Notes: generated from the letters alone by a model not told the origin. A stretch of DNA of 32,774 nucleotides from Oscillospiraceae bacterium (GCA_900768675.1 CAAGDT010000045.1:1-32774), one strand, 5' to 3'. Shown: positions 7,139 through 16,352, counted from the stretch's first letter. A program made the numbers and translations.

Positions 7139-8932
7139 ATGAGAATAGCAGGCAGCACAGTCCGCAGAAATTATCTTAAAAACTACGAGAGAAACTACTC
7201 CGACAAGTACGAGTCCGAGCAGAAAATATCCACATACCGCCAGTTCCAGCGGGCAAGCGAAAACCCCATAAATGCTGCCAAGGCTTTAAGAGTAAGAAAG
7301 TCTATTGCGGAAATAGAAACAAGCCAGAAGAACCTTAAATCCGCTTCTTCAATCTACCAGGCGGCGGAATCCTCTATGATGACCTTGTCCGAGATTATCC
7401 AGAACACTTACGAAAAGCTTGTTGAGGGCGCACACGGAACAAGAAACCAGGACGACCTTGAAATTATCGCAAAGGAAGTTGACAACTACGCCGAGGAGAT
7501 GATACAGTCCCTTAACGTAAACGTTTCCGACAGAAGAATTTTCGGCGCTCTCAATAACGAAACCGTTGCGTTCAAGATTGAAACCTCCGCCACAGGCGAT
7601 AAGTTCGTAACCTATAACGGAGTTGCGGTAAACTCCTCCTCCGACCCCCAGAGCTTCCCTTACAGCGGCACCTCTTACCTTGATATCGGCATAGGAATGT
7701 CGGTTGATAAGAGCACAAGCAGAATTGACGACCAGACCGCCCTTCCCATAACCTTCAACGGTGCGGAATGTACGGGCTGCGGCGTTACAAACAGAACTGC
7801 GATGATTTACCTTGACTCCGTAGTACCCGGTAATGCATACAAAATAAACGTTTCCGCAGGCGGACAGTCCAAGACAATTGAATTTAACGGCGGCGATACA
7901 AAGGAAGCTACTGTTGATAATATAAACGCAGCCTTAAAGCAGGCGTTTCAGGTCACTCCCGAAATAAGCGCCGACGGTACTATAAAGTACCTTGATAATA
8001 TCGAGGGCTACACGGGAACAGAGGTAAGAAACTACGAAAATGCTTCAATCGACGGTACTCCCGCTCTTGATATTGCTTCCCTTAAGGCGGATACCTACTA
8101 TTCTCTTGAAATAACCGCAGGAGAAAAGACAAGGGTTATCGACTTTATGGGCAGCGACAATATAAACACAACCCTTGACAATATAAGAACAGCTCTTAAT
8201 GATAAGTTCGGCGAGGACGCCCCCGAAATCTACTCCGACGGTATTTTCCTTGACGTTAATGGAAATCCCGCAGCAGTAAAGAACTGCTCCGACTATACAA
8301 ACAACGTAAGCTTTACCGCTGAGGGAAATATGGATTTAGCGGCGCTTACTCCCGGCGAGCAGTACACCGTAAACGTAAACGGCGTTAAGGTTTCCTTTGC
8401 GGCAGGAGCTGACGTGGACGAAACCGTAAAGAATATCAACGAGCAGTTCGCAAAGGACGGAATTTTCGGCGAGATAAACGTTCCTTATGTTGACCAGAAC
8501 GGAACGCTTATATATGACGGCGTTGATACCTCAATCGTTATAAGAAACGAGGAGTCCGCTTCAAATCAGCTTGAATTTTCCGAAATAGAGGGCTACTCAA
8601 AGAACATAATGCAGCTTATCCTTGACTCTGCAAAGGCGCTCAGATCAGGCGACCAGGACCTTGTTGCAAGATACGCCGACAAGATATACGCAGCTCAGAG
8701 TTCTCTTTCGATTGCAATTGCCGAGCTTGGTACAAACGATAAGTTTATCGAGTTCAACGAGGAAAGAACGGCTGACATACTCATAAATTTACAGGAAACC
8801 CAGAACGATATAGAAATTACCGATATGCCTTCGGAAATTACGAACTGGAAGGTGCTTGAAGCGGTTTATAACGCAACCCTTCAGATGGGCTCCTCGGTGC
8901 TTTCAATGTCAATCTTCGACTACATAAAATAA
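7139..8932 (+). CDS. flgL: Flagellar hook-associated protein 3 FlgL (enlarged)
   Basis: ATG 7139 follows AGGAGG. Flagellin-family N-terminus (QFQRASENPINAAKALR) and C-terminus (YNATLQMGSSVLSMSIFDYIK). Follows flgK. Confidence 0.9.
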   Translation: MRIAGSTVRRNYLKNYERNYSDKYESEQKISTYRQFQRASENPINAAKALRVRKSIAEIETSQKNLKSASSIYQAAESSMMTLSEIIQNTYEKLVEGAHGTRNQDDLEIIAKEVDNYAEEMIQSLNVNVSDRRIFGALNNETVAFKIETSATGDKFVTYNGVAVNSSSDPQSFPYSGTSYLDIGIGMSVDKSTSRIDDQTALPITFNGAECTGCGVTNRTAMIYLDSVVPGNAYKINVSAGGQSKTIEFNGGDTKEATVDNINAALKQAFQVTPEISADGTIKYLDNIEGYTGTEVRNYENASIDGTPALDIASLKADTYYSLEITAGEKTRVIDFMGSDNINTTLDNIRTALNDKFGEDAPEIYSDGIFLDVNGNPAAVKNCSDYTNNVSFTAEGNMDLAALTPGEQYTVNVNGVKVSFAAGADVDETVKNINEQFAKDGIFGEINVPYVDQNGTLIYDGVDTSIVIRNEESASNQLEFSEIEGYSKNIMQLILDSAKALRSGDQDLVARYADKIYAAQSSLSIAIAELGTNDKFIEFNEERTADILINLQETQNDIEITDMPSEITNWKVLEAVYNATLQMGSSVLSMSIFDYIK

Positions 8933-8967
8933 CTTCGGCGCAAAGCTCGTGAAAGGAGCGATAGGTT

Positions 8968-9600
8968 ATGGTAGAAAGTAATCTTCTCGATATTACCTCG
9001 GTACCGATTAAGGTAGAGATAAATATTAAAAAGGGCGAATTTGTAAACCCGAAGGCGGGAAATCCCGACCTTGCCCTTAAAATGGATATTAAGACTACCC
9101 CCGGAAAGCTTAAAATCCAGTCCGAGCCTACGAAAATCAATATCGACACCTATGCTGCCCGTTCAAGTATGGGCTACGGTCATTACAACAACGGCGACCT
9201 TATCAAGAAGGAGTCGGAAAAGGGCTTTTCCGTTGCCTACGAGGGCACAGCAAGGATAGTAAACGAGGGAAATCAGCTTGTCCGCGGCGCTTCCCCAGCC
9301 CAGATTGCGGCGCAGAACAACCGTGCAGGTCAGACAATCCAGACCGTTATGGAGTTTCTCCCGAAAACAGGCGCAGACGTAACCTTCGACAAGGGCGTGC
9401 TCAACATCAACTACGAGGTGGGTGACGTTGGAATAGACTGGGAGAACGCAGCGGCGATACCCTTTGAATATACCCCCGGCAGGGTTGAATTTCAGGTAAC
9501 CCAGATGCCAAGCGTGGAAATTGAGTATACCGGCGACCCGATATACGTTCCGGCACGTTCAGACCCGGATTATCAGCCCACGCTTGACGCAAGAGGCTGA
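8968..9600 (+). CDS. Conserved flagellar-operon protein (DUF6470/YviE-like)
   Basis: Lies between flgL and fliW. Motifs KINIDTYAARSSMG and PSVEIEYTGDPIYVP. SD AAAGGAG. Confidence 0.7.
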   Translation: MVESNLLDITSVPIKVEINIKKGEFVNPKAGNPDLALKMDIKTTPGKLKIQSEPTKINIDTYAARSSMGYGHYNNGDLIKKESEKGFSVAYEGTARIVNEGNQLVRGASPAQIAAQNNRAGQTIQTVMEFLPKTGADVTFDKGVLNINYEVGDVGIDWENAAAIPFEYTPGRVEFQVTQMPSVEIEYTGDPIYVPARSDPDYQPTLDARG

Positions 9601-9629
9601 TGCACAAAAAGCAGGAAAGGGATTTTGAT

Positions 9630-10067
9630 ATGATTACTGTTGAAACAAGAGATTTTGGTGCAGTTGACGTAGAGGAAAGCGCAGTTTTTGAATTTCCAAA
9701 CGGAGTTTATGCCTTTGAGGAGGATAAGAGATTTGCTCTTTTAAGCCCTTTGGGTGCAGGAATTTATCCTATGTGGCTTCAGTCCATGGATACCCCTTCT
9801 CTTTGCTTTATAGTTTTCGACCCTGTTCTTATAGACGACTCCTTTACCGTTGTCCTTTCCGACAGCGAGAAAAGCCTTATCGGCGTAAAGGAGGATTCCG
9901 ATATACGCAGTCTTGTTATTGCAAGAGTGCCCGAGAACTATAAGCAGACAACAGTAAATATGAAGTCCCCGATTATAATAAACACAAAGAACAATAAGGC
10001 GGAGCAGGTTATCCTGCCTCTCGATTATCCCTTCCGCCTTCCTATCTATGAGCAGGAGGTGGTATAA
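9630..10067 (+). CDS. fliW: Flagellar assembly factor FliW
   Basis: ETRDFG, FPNGVYAFE, WLQSMDTPSLCFIVFDP and TVNMKSPIIIN motifs. Immediately precedes csrA. Confidence 0.93.
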   Translation: MITVETRDFGAVDVEESAVFEFPNGVYAFEEDKRFALLSPLGAGIYPMWLQSMDTPSLCFIVFDPVLIDDSFTVVLSDSEKSLIGVKEDSDIRSLVIARVPENYKQTTVNMKSPIIINTKNNKAEQVILPLDYPFRLPIYEQEVV

Positions 10068-10294
10068 TGCTTGTCGTTACAAGAAAAACCGAGGAAAGCG
10101 TTATTATCGCCGATAATATCGAAATCGTGGTGCTTGAGGTCAGCAAGGACAGGGTGAAGCTTGGAATTACTGCACCTAAGGACGTAAAAATTATAAGAAA
10201 CGAGCTGAGGAATACCCAGGAATCCAACCTTGAGGCCTCCAAGGCAGTTTCAAAGGTGGCAATTACCGCTCTGCTGGAAAACGCCAAGAAGTAA
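10067..10294 (+). CDS. csrA: Carbon storage regulator CsrA
   Basis: MLVVTRKTEESVIIADNIEIVVLEVSKDRVKLGITAPKDVKIIRNEL. TAATG coupling with fliW. Confidence 0.96.
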   Translation: MLVVTRKTEESVIIADNIEIVVLEVSKDRVKLGITAPKDVKIIRNELRNTQESNLEASKAVSKVAITALLENAKK

Positions 10295-10315
10295 TTTTCG
10301 AAAGGATTTGATACT

Positions 10316-13102
10316 ATGGCTGACAATAAGATAAGAATGAGCGGTATGAATTCGGGACTTGATACCGAAAGTATCATCAAGGCTCTTACCGCAAACAGCA
10401 AGCTTAAAATTACAAAGCAGGAGAGAAATATCCTTAAGTATCAGGCTCAGCAGGAAGCCTACCGTGACGTTATCTCGAAGCTTACCGATTTAAAGAAAAG
10501 CTACTTTGATATTCTGAAAAAGGACTCCTACCTTGCAGGCGGTACTATGTGGAACAAGTACTCCGCAAAAACCCTTGTTGACGGTACAGAGAAGAATATT
10601 CAGGGTGTAGCAATTTCCACCACAATCAATTCAGCGGCGGGAAACTATAAGGTTAAGGTAAATAAAACCGCTACCCAGTCGAAAATTACGGGAAGCTCCT
10701 TAAGCGACGGCGCAAAGATTGACGCAGGCGCACTTACAAGCGGCGAAAGCTACGGAATTACCGTAACAGTAGGCGAAGATACAAAGAATATCACCTTTAC
10801 GGCAGGCGACTCCGCCGAGGAAACCATAAAGAACATCAACGACAAGCTTTCCGAAGCCTACGGAGAAAGCAATTCCTCTGCGGCAGGCGGCAGCAAGGGA
10901 CTTGTATACGTTGACGACAGCGGAAAGTTCGTTTCCCGTGCAGGCAAGGGCATTTCCATTTCCGGAATAGGTACTATGACCGGCACAAATACCCTCGACC
11001 TTTCGGGCATCAAGACCGGCTCCAACACCCTTACCTTCCAGGCGGGCGAGGAGGTTGTAAATGTTTCCTTCCAGACCCTTTCCTCCGACTATTTCAGTGA
11101 GATTTTCGACGAGGACGGAAATATAAAGGATGACGCAGACGAGGAGAAGGTTGCCCTTTACAATCAGATAAAGGACGACTACGTTGAGTCAAAGAAGTAC
11201 GAGGAATATACTGCTTGGGCAGAGAGCGCAACAGAGGACGAAAAGCAGGAGCTTCTGGATAAGACCTTTGTTAAGGCGCAGGAGGTTCACTACAATAAAT
11301 ATCTTGATAAGTTCTTAAGCGGCAAGTACGACGAGTACAAGGCTGAGGGCGGAGACGAGGATTACGATACCTGGAAGGCTGCAAACTACGTTGATAAGGA
11401 CGAGAATAACGCTCTTTACAAGGAATTTGCTGCGGATTACTACGACGTAAAGCTTACCGACGAGCAGAAGGCTGCAAGAGAAGCGGAGCTTGATACGTTC
11501 CTGCATGAAAAATACGCAGAGGCGCAGGCTGACGGAGAAACCGCTGAATTTGAGGACTGGAAGGCTGCGAACTTCAAGGATAAGGACGTAAATAACGCTC
11601 TTTATGCCGAGTTCAAGGCGATTGACGACGAAAAATACCCTACCCATATCGGCAAGGAGCTTGATAAGGACGCATGGAGCGTTGTTACCTATAACGAGTA
11701 CAGCGCATACAAGGAAGAGCTGGGTTCTGTAAGCGAGGATAACCTTACAATTACCCGGCAGAACATCGTTGACCACTATAATGCAACCAGCATAAAGAAC
11801 AGCATAGGCTCTCTTGAAACAGCATCGGGCGTTAAGTTCAGCGTAGAGATAAACGGCGGCTCAGCAGTTGTAACCGCAGAGGATAAGGAGGGCAACGCTC
11901 AGAACATTTCCGTTACCTCCGCAGCGGGCAGCACAAATAACTTCGGTGCAACAGCTGCCACAACCTCAATTTCACAGATTTCAAACACCACAACTCTTGC
12001 AAACTTAGGAATTGACGCTGACGAGGATGGCAATTACAATTTCACCATTAACGGCGTTGATTTCAGCTTCAGCGGCGATACTACCGTCAATGAAATGATG
12101 AAAAAGGTAAACGGCTCGGACGCGGGAGTAAAAATGGCGTACTCCTCCCTTGAAAATGCATTCACCGTAACCTCCACCGAGTATGGCACGGGAAGCAGGG
12201 TAGATATAAGCGCAGACGGACAGGGGCTGCTTGCGGGAATAGGACTTATGGCAGGTTCAAGCTACTCCGCAGGCACAAACCTTGAGGTTGAGATAAACGG
12301 AAGAATCCTTGAAAGCGACGGAAATTCGATTGAAGCTGACGGCACAACCTTCACCTTTACCGAGGGCAGCGAGGGTACTGAGTTTACCGTAAATATCGAA
12401 AAGGATACCGCAGCTATTGCAGATACTATAAAGGGCTTTGTTGAGCAGTACAACAAGGCGATAAAGGAGATTTACGAATATTTAGACCAGGAGCCTGAAA
12501 AGAAATATTATTTTCTTGCAGACGCCGATAAGGAAGACCTGGAACTGACCGAAAAGCAGGAGGAGCAGTGGGAGGAAAAGGCCAAGAAGGGCGTAATCTA
12601 CCACGACTCCACCATAACCGCAGCTATGACCAGCTTAAGAACCGCTCTCATGGGAGCTGTTGAGGGCGCAGACGGTAAGGCTTTCTCTCTTGCTTCCTTG
12701 GGCATTACCACAGCCACCGACTATAACGAGCACGGAAAGCTGATGATAGACGAGGATAAGCTTAATGCCGCAATTGCATCAAACAGCGACGATATTGCAA
12801 AGCTGTTCTCCGACAAGGAAAACGGCATAATGAAGAAGTTTGCCGATGCTCTTGATGGTGCAGTAGGCACTACCGGCGACAAGGGTACTCTTATCAACAA
12901 GGCAGGTCTTGCAACCGGCTCAACCGCCAAGGAAAACGAGATTTACGAGCTTATCAAGAGAACCACTCAGAAAATATCCTCTCTCACCGAGAGATACGAA
13001 AACGAGCAGGACAGACTCTGGAAGAAGTATTCCGCTATGGAAAAAATGCTTTCCTCCCTTAACAGCCAGCAGTCCTCATTTATGTCATATTTCCAGGGCT
13101 GA
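10316..13102 (+). CDS. fliD: Flagellar filament cap protein FliD (enlarged, 928 aa)
   Basis: N-terminal SGMNSGLDTESIIKAL and C-terminal IDEDKLNAAI...RLWKKYSAMEKMLSSLNSQQS. Precedes fliS. Confidence 0.93.
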   Translation: MADNKIRMSGMNSGLDTESIIKALTANSKLKITKQERNILKYQAQQEAYRDVISKLTDLKKSYFDILKKDSYLAGGTMWNKYSAKTLVDGTEKNIQGVAISTTINSAAGNYKVKVNKTATQSKITGSSLSDGAKIDAGALTSGESYGITVTVGEDTKNITFTAGDSAEETIKNINDKLSEAYGESNSSAAGGSKGLVYVDDSGKFVSRAGKGISISGIGTMTGTNTLDLSGIKTGSNTLTFQAGEEVVNVSFQTLSSDYFSEIFDEDGNIKDDADEEKVALYNQIKDDYVESKKYEEYTAWAESATEDEKQELLDKTFVKAQEVHYNKYLDKFLSGKYDEYKAEGGDEDYDTWKAANYVDKDENNALYKEFAADYYDVKLTDEQKAAREAELDTFLHEKYAEAQADGETAEFEDWKAANFKDKDVNNALYAEFKAIDDEKYPTHIGKELDKDAWSVVTYNEYSAYKEELGSVSEDNLTITRQNIVDHYNATSIKNSIGSLETASGVKFSVEINGGSAVVTAEDKEGNAQNISVTSAAGSTNNFGATAATTSISQISNTTTLANLGIDADEDGNYNFTINGVDFSFSGDTTVNEMMKKVNGSDAGVKMAYSSLENAFTVTSTEYGTGSRVDISADGQGLLAGIGLMAGSSYSAGTNLEVEINGRILESDGNSIEADGTTFTFTEGSEGTEFTVNIEKDTAAIADTIKGFVEQYNKAIKEIYEYLDQEPEKKYYFLADADKEDLELTEKQEEQWEEKAKKGVIYHDSTITAAMTSLRTALMGAVEGADGKAFSLASLGITTATDYNEHGKLMIDEDKLNAAIASNSDDIAKLFSDKENGIMKKFADALDGAVGTTGDKGTLINKAGLATGSTAKENEIYELIKRTTQKISSLTERYENEQDRLWKKYSAMEKMLSSLNSQQSSFMSYFQG
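11303..11620 (+). repeat. Intragenic tandem duplication in fliD (62-codon period)
   Basis: TGGAAGGCTGCAAAC...GATAAGGAC...AATAACGCTCTTTA at 11372 recurs at 11558 (186 nt apart). LDxFL codons at 11303 and 11489. Confidence 0.85.
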
Positions 13103-13161
13103 TTTAAGGCAGCGCTGACATTCGTACAGGATATTGCCTTCAGAAAGGAACGGTCATTGTT

Positions 13162-13527
13162 ATGAACAACGCTTATGCGGCTTATAAAAAGCAGTCTATT
13201 TCTACCCTTACTCCTATGGAAATCGTAGTAAAGCTTTACGACGAGGCGGAGAAGCAGATGAATCTTGCTATAATAGGAATTGAGGGAAAGAATTACGAAG
13301 CGGCGAATAATTCCCTTAAAAAGACTCAGGATATTGTTAACGCTCTGCGTTCCGTACTTGATATGGACATCGAGCTTTCAAAAAATCTTGACGCTCTTTA
13401 CGACTTTTTCAACAGGCAGCTTGTTACTGCAAACGTAAAAAAGGACGTAGCAATCATAAAGGAGCTTATCCCTATGTTTGCTGAACTCAGGGACGCTTTT
13501 TCACAGGTTGCGGCTATGCCCAAATAA
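13162..13527 (+). CDS. fliS: Flagellin chaperone FliS
   Basis: AYKKQSISTLTPMEIVVKLYD...LSKNLDALYDF...ELRDAF. Confidence 0.95.
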   Translation: MNNAYAAYKKQSISTLTPMEIVVKLYDEAEKQMNLAIIGIEGKNYEAANNSLKKTQDIVNALRSVLDMDIELSKNLDALYDFFNRQLVTANVKKDVAIIKELIPMFAELRDAFSQVAAMPK

Positions 13528-13543
13528 GTCGAAAGGCGGAGAA

Positions 13544-14029
13544 ATGACTAACGAGATAAAAAACCGCATTATTGAGGTTATGGGAGAAATCGGCGTGCTT
13601 ATAGAAAGCTACTCCGCCGATACCTCCGGGATACTTACCACCGACATTGACGAAACCCTTGAGGATATAATCGCCCGCAGAGAAGTAACCCTTTCGCAGA
13701 TAGGCGAAAAGCGGGCTGAAATCGACAGGCTCAGGGAGGAATGTACCCCCGAGGAAAGCACGGTTATACATAAGATTATAACCAACGGTCATATTCCCTT
13801 GGGCATTTCAAGGGAGCTTCGGGAAATACATAAAGCGGCTGTAAAAATGCGGTCGGTTTATATTTCCGCCGCCGAAAAGGATAAACAGGCGGCTCTTCGG
13901 GTTGACGCAAGGGTAAAGGAGCTGAGAACTCAGCTTGAAGCCCTTCAGGACGACAAGAAGAAGATTGATTTTTATTCCAACAATAAATTAACCGATAATA
14001 AAGGCGGCTCATTCGACAGCCACCTGTAA
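13544..14029 (+). CDS. Helical flagellar-operon protein (FlgN/FliT-like chaperone)
   Basis: ATG 13544 follows GAAAGGCGGAG. 161 aa helical protein at the fliT position, with a C-terminal GGSFD tail resembling that of the FlgN in this window. Confidence 0.55.
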   Translation: MTNEIKNRIIEVMGEIGVLIESYSADTSGILTTDIDETLEDIIARREVTLSQIGEKRAEIDRLREECTPEESTVIHKIITNGHIPLGISRELREIHKAAVKMRSVYISAAEKDKQAALRVDARVKELRTQLEALQDDKKKIDFYSNNKLTDNKGGSFDSHL

Positions 14030-14138
14030 TCAGGCTGACGATAAACCACCATCTGCTTCGTCGACCACATAATGGCAGGCACAAAGCCTAGCCATTATGC
14101 GGTTTCCTCGCATCTGGCGGCTTCTCGTCACCCTGATT
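14027..14138. repeat. Imperfect palindromic intergenic repeat (long copy)
   Basis: Same arms as 7034-7100 plus an inner hairpin CATAATGGC...GCCATTATG (14068-14099). Confidence 0.8.
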
Positions 14139-14170
14139 GATTATTAATATCGGTTAAAAGGAGTTTTACT

Positions 14171-14965
14171 TTGCTTATTGATTCCCACGCACACGCATTT
14201 GCAGACAGTATTGCAGAACGGGCGGTTGAAAAGCTTAAGGCTACCGCTAATGTTCCTGCATACACAAACGGCACGATAAAGGACGCAGACAGAGTGCTCG
14301 CAAGCTGCGGCGTAGACTACGCCGTACTTCTGCCTGTTGCCACAAAGCCTACCCAGCAGACTACTATAAATAACTGGGCAAAGGAAGAATACAAGGGACG
14401 CTTTATCTCCTTCGGCACGGTTCACCCCGCCGCAGAGGACGCAGTTGATGAAATCGGGCGGATAAAGGAGCTTGGCTTAAAGGGCGTAAAGCTTCATAAC
14501 GACTATCAGGGCGTTTTTATTTTCGACGAAAGATGTATTCCGATTTATAAGCGCTGCGAGGAGCTTTCCCTCCCCGTTGTTTTCCACATGGGCTACGACC
14601 CCGTTTCTCCCCTTGTTCACCGTGCTATGCCCTACGACCTTATCGAGCTTTCGGAAAAATTCCCGAAGCTTAAGATTATTGCAGCCCACATGGGCGGTAT
14701 GTACGCATGGGAGTCGGTTTACAAGTATATTGCAGGCAGAAAGAATATCTACCTTGATACCGCTTTTGTTGCAGGATATATAGACCCGGGAATTTTTGCG
14801 GAAATCGTAAGAAAGCACGGTGCAGACAGAGTTCTTTTCGGAAGCGACCTGCCCTGGAGCAGCCCCGATATGGAGGTTGAGCTTATCGAAAACTCGCCCT
14901 TTACCGACGAGGAAAAGGAACGGATTTTCTGGAAGAATACGGCTGAGCTTTTAGAGCTGTTCTGA
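14171..14965 (+). CDS. Metal-dependent amidohydrolase (TIM barrel, Amidohydro_2-like)
   Basis: TTG start after AAAGGAG. Motifs IDSHAH, GVKLH, FHMG, AAHMGG and VLFGSDLPW. Confidence 0.9.
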   Translation: MLIDSHAHAFADSIAERAVEKLKATANVPAYTNGTIKDADRVLASCGVDYAVLLPVATKPTQQTTINNWAKEEYKGRFISFGTVHPAAEDAVDEIGRIKELGLKGVKLHNDYQGVFIFDERCIPIYKRCEELSLPVVFHMGYDPVSPLVHRAMPYDLIELSEKFPKLKIIAAHMGGMYAWESVYKYIAGRKNIYLDTAFVAGYIDPGIFAEIVRKHGADRVLFGSDLPWSSPDMEVELIENSPFTDEEKERIFWKNTAELLELF

Positions 14966-15071
14966 CAGGCGCAGCAGTATATATTTATATGCTTTTTCAA
15001 CAAGTTTTTCGCCGGTTTTTGTCCGAATAAGACAGAAATCGGCGTTTTTGCTGCAATTTTGTATGTATATA

Positions 15072-15100
15072 TTGACATATTATGGAATACAGTGTATAAT
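15072..15100 (+). promoter_or_regulatory. Sigma-A promoter
   Basis: TTGACA-N17-TATAAT, a perfect consensus. Confidence 0.85.
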
Positions 15101-15198
15101 CGGAAATGTAAGTATTAGTCCTTTACTGCAATAAGACAAGGCGGACAGCCTGCCGGCAATAACGGATTAATAAATAATTATGGTGGAGGAAAACCAAT

Positions 15199-15666
15199 AT
15201 GGACAATTATCAGCAGCCCCAGCAGTACCAGCAGCCCCAGCAGTATCAGCAGCCCGGTTTTGCACCGGCATTACAGCTCAAGACCAACAGAAGTCTTGTA
15301 AAGTACATTCTTTTGTCGCTGATTACCTTCGGGATTTACGGATTAGTTGTTATGTCCTCAATTTCATCGGACATCAACTATATCGCCAGCAGATACGACA
15401 ACAAGAAAACAATGCACTTCTGCCTGCTCGCCTTTATTATCGGACCGCTCACTTTTGGGATTGGAATACTTGTGTGGTATCACAAGATTTCTGACCGTAT
15501 CGGCAACGAGCTCAGAAGAAGAAATATTGATCTCAAGTTCAACGCTTCTACCTTCTGGCTCTGGAATGTATTAGGTTCCTTTATTATAGTAGGACCCTTT
15601 ATCTACTTCCACAGACTGTTCAAGGCTATGAACTTACTTGCAGCAGACTACAATGTAAGAGGTTGA
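15199..15666 (+). CDS. DUF4234-like membrane protein with Gln/Pro-rich N-terminus
   Basis: RSLVKYILLSLITFGIY motif, three hydrophobic segments and SD GGAGG. N-terminal YQQPQQ repeats are encoded by an 18-nt tandem repeat at 15208-15255. Confidence 0.8.
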   Translation: MDNYQQPQQYQQPQQYQQPGFAPALQLKTNRSLVKYILLSLITFGIYGLVVMSSISSDINYIASRYDNKKTMHFCLLAFIIGPLTFGIGILVWYHKISDRIGNELRRRNIDLKFNASTFWLWNVLGSFIIVGPFIYFHRLFKAMNLLAADYNVRG

Positions 15667-15687
15667 TTCCGGAATACATAACGGCGA

Positions 15688-15714
15688 AAAACGGGGCAGA
15701 TTTCTGCCCCGTTT
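15688..15714. terminator. Intrinsic terminator hairpin between convergent genes
   Basis: AAAACGGGGCAGA-t-TTCTGCCCCGTTTT. A second hairpin AAAAGCC...GGCTTTTT follows at about 15727-15766. Confidence 0.8.
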
Positions 15715-15770
15715 TCATTTTGCGGCAAAAGCCACCTTTGGCATTTCTGTCAGAGGCGGCTTTTTTGCTG

Positions 15771-16352
15771 TCAGCAGAGTATGGGCTGTATCTGCTTTCC
15801 TTCAAGAGCAGCAGAAAGTGCGGCGGGAATCTGCCCGAAATCCCCCATAAGGGAGGTGGGCTTACCCTTGCAGTCGTCCTGCAATACAGGCACGAAAAAG
15901 TAGTTTTTGTAGTTCATAAGGGAGAAAATGTTCTTGGCGGAGCCTGCAAGAGCGTCGTTTGTGGCGATATTCAGCACCACGGCGCCGCCGTTTCGCAGGT
16001 GGCTTTTTACTGCCATTGTAACCGCCGTATCAGTTATACTTGCCGCAAGCTTAGCCAGCGTATTCCCCGTGCAGTTCGCCACCAGCATAACGTCCGTTAT
16101 TTTTTTCGGACCTATGGGCTCTGCGTCCTCGATTGTGTGGATAATTTCCCTGCCGCATAGGCTTTCAAGCCGCTTTATATGCTCTTCTGCCCTTCCGAAG
16201 CGGGTATCAAGGCTGTAGGCGTTGAAGGACATTATCGGAATTACGTCGCAGCCCAGCTCCAGCAGGTTTTCAAGCGCCGCAAAGCTTTTAGAAAACGTGC
16301 AGAAGGAGCCGCATAAGGCGAATCCCACCCTTTTACCCTTAAGACTAAGCAT
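15771..16352 (-). CDS. spoVFB: Dipicolinate synthase subunit B
   Basis: GFALCGSFCTF, DTRFG, AEPIGPK, CTGNTLAKLA, MAVKSHLRN and KPTSL motifs. Confidence 0.95.
   Translation of the reverse strand: MLSLKGKRVGFALCGSFCTFSKSFAALENLLELGCDVIPIMSFNAYSLDTRFGRAEEHIKRLESLCGREIIHTIEDAEPIGPKKITDVMLVANCTGNTLAKLAASITDTAVTMAVKSHLRNGGAVVLNIATNDALAGSAKNIFSLMNYKNYFFVPVLQDDCKGKPTSLMGDFGQIPAALSAALEGKQIQPILC

Noticed and set aside
7139..8932. Calling this gene flagellin (fliC)
   Set aside because: Its position after flgK and the C-terminal SIFDYIK signature indicate FlgL.
10108..10115. GCCGATAA inside csrA as an internal sigma-28 promoter for fliD
   Set aside because: There is no TAAA -35 box at 15-16 nt spacing.
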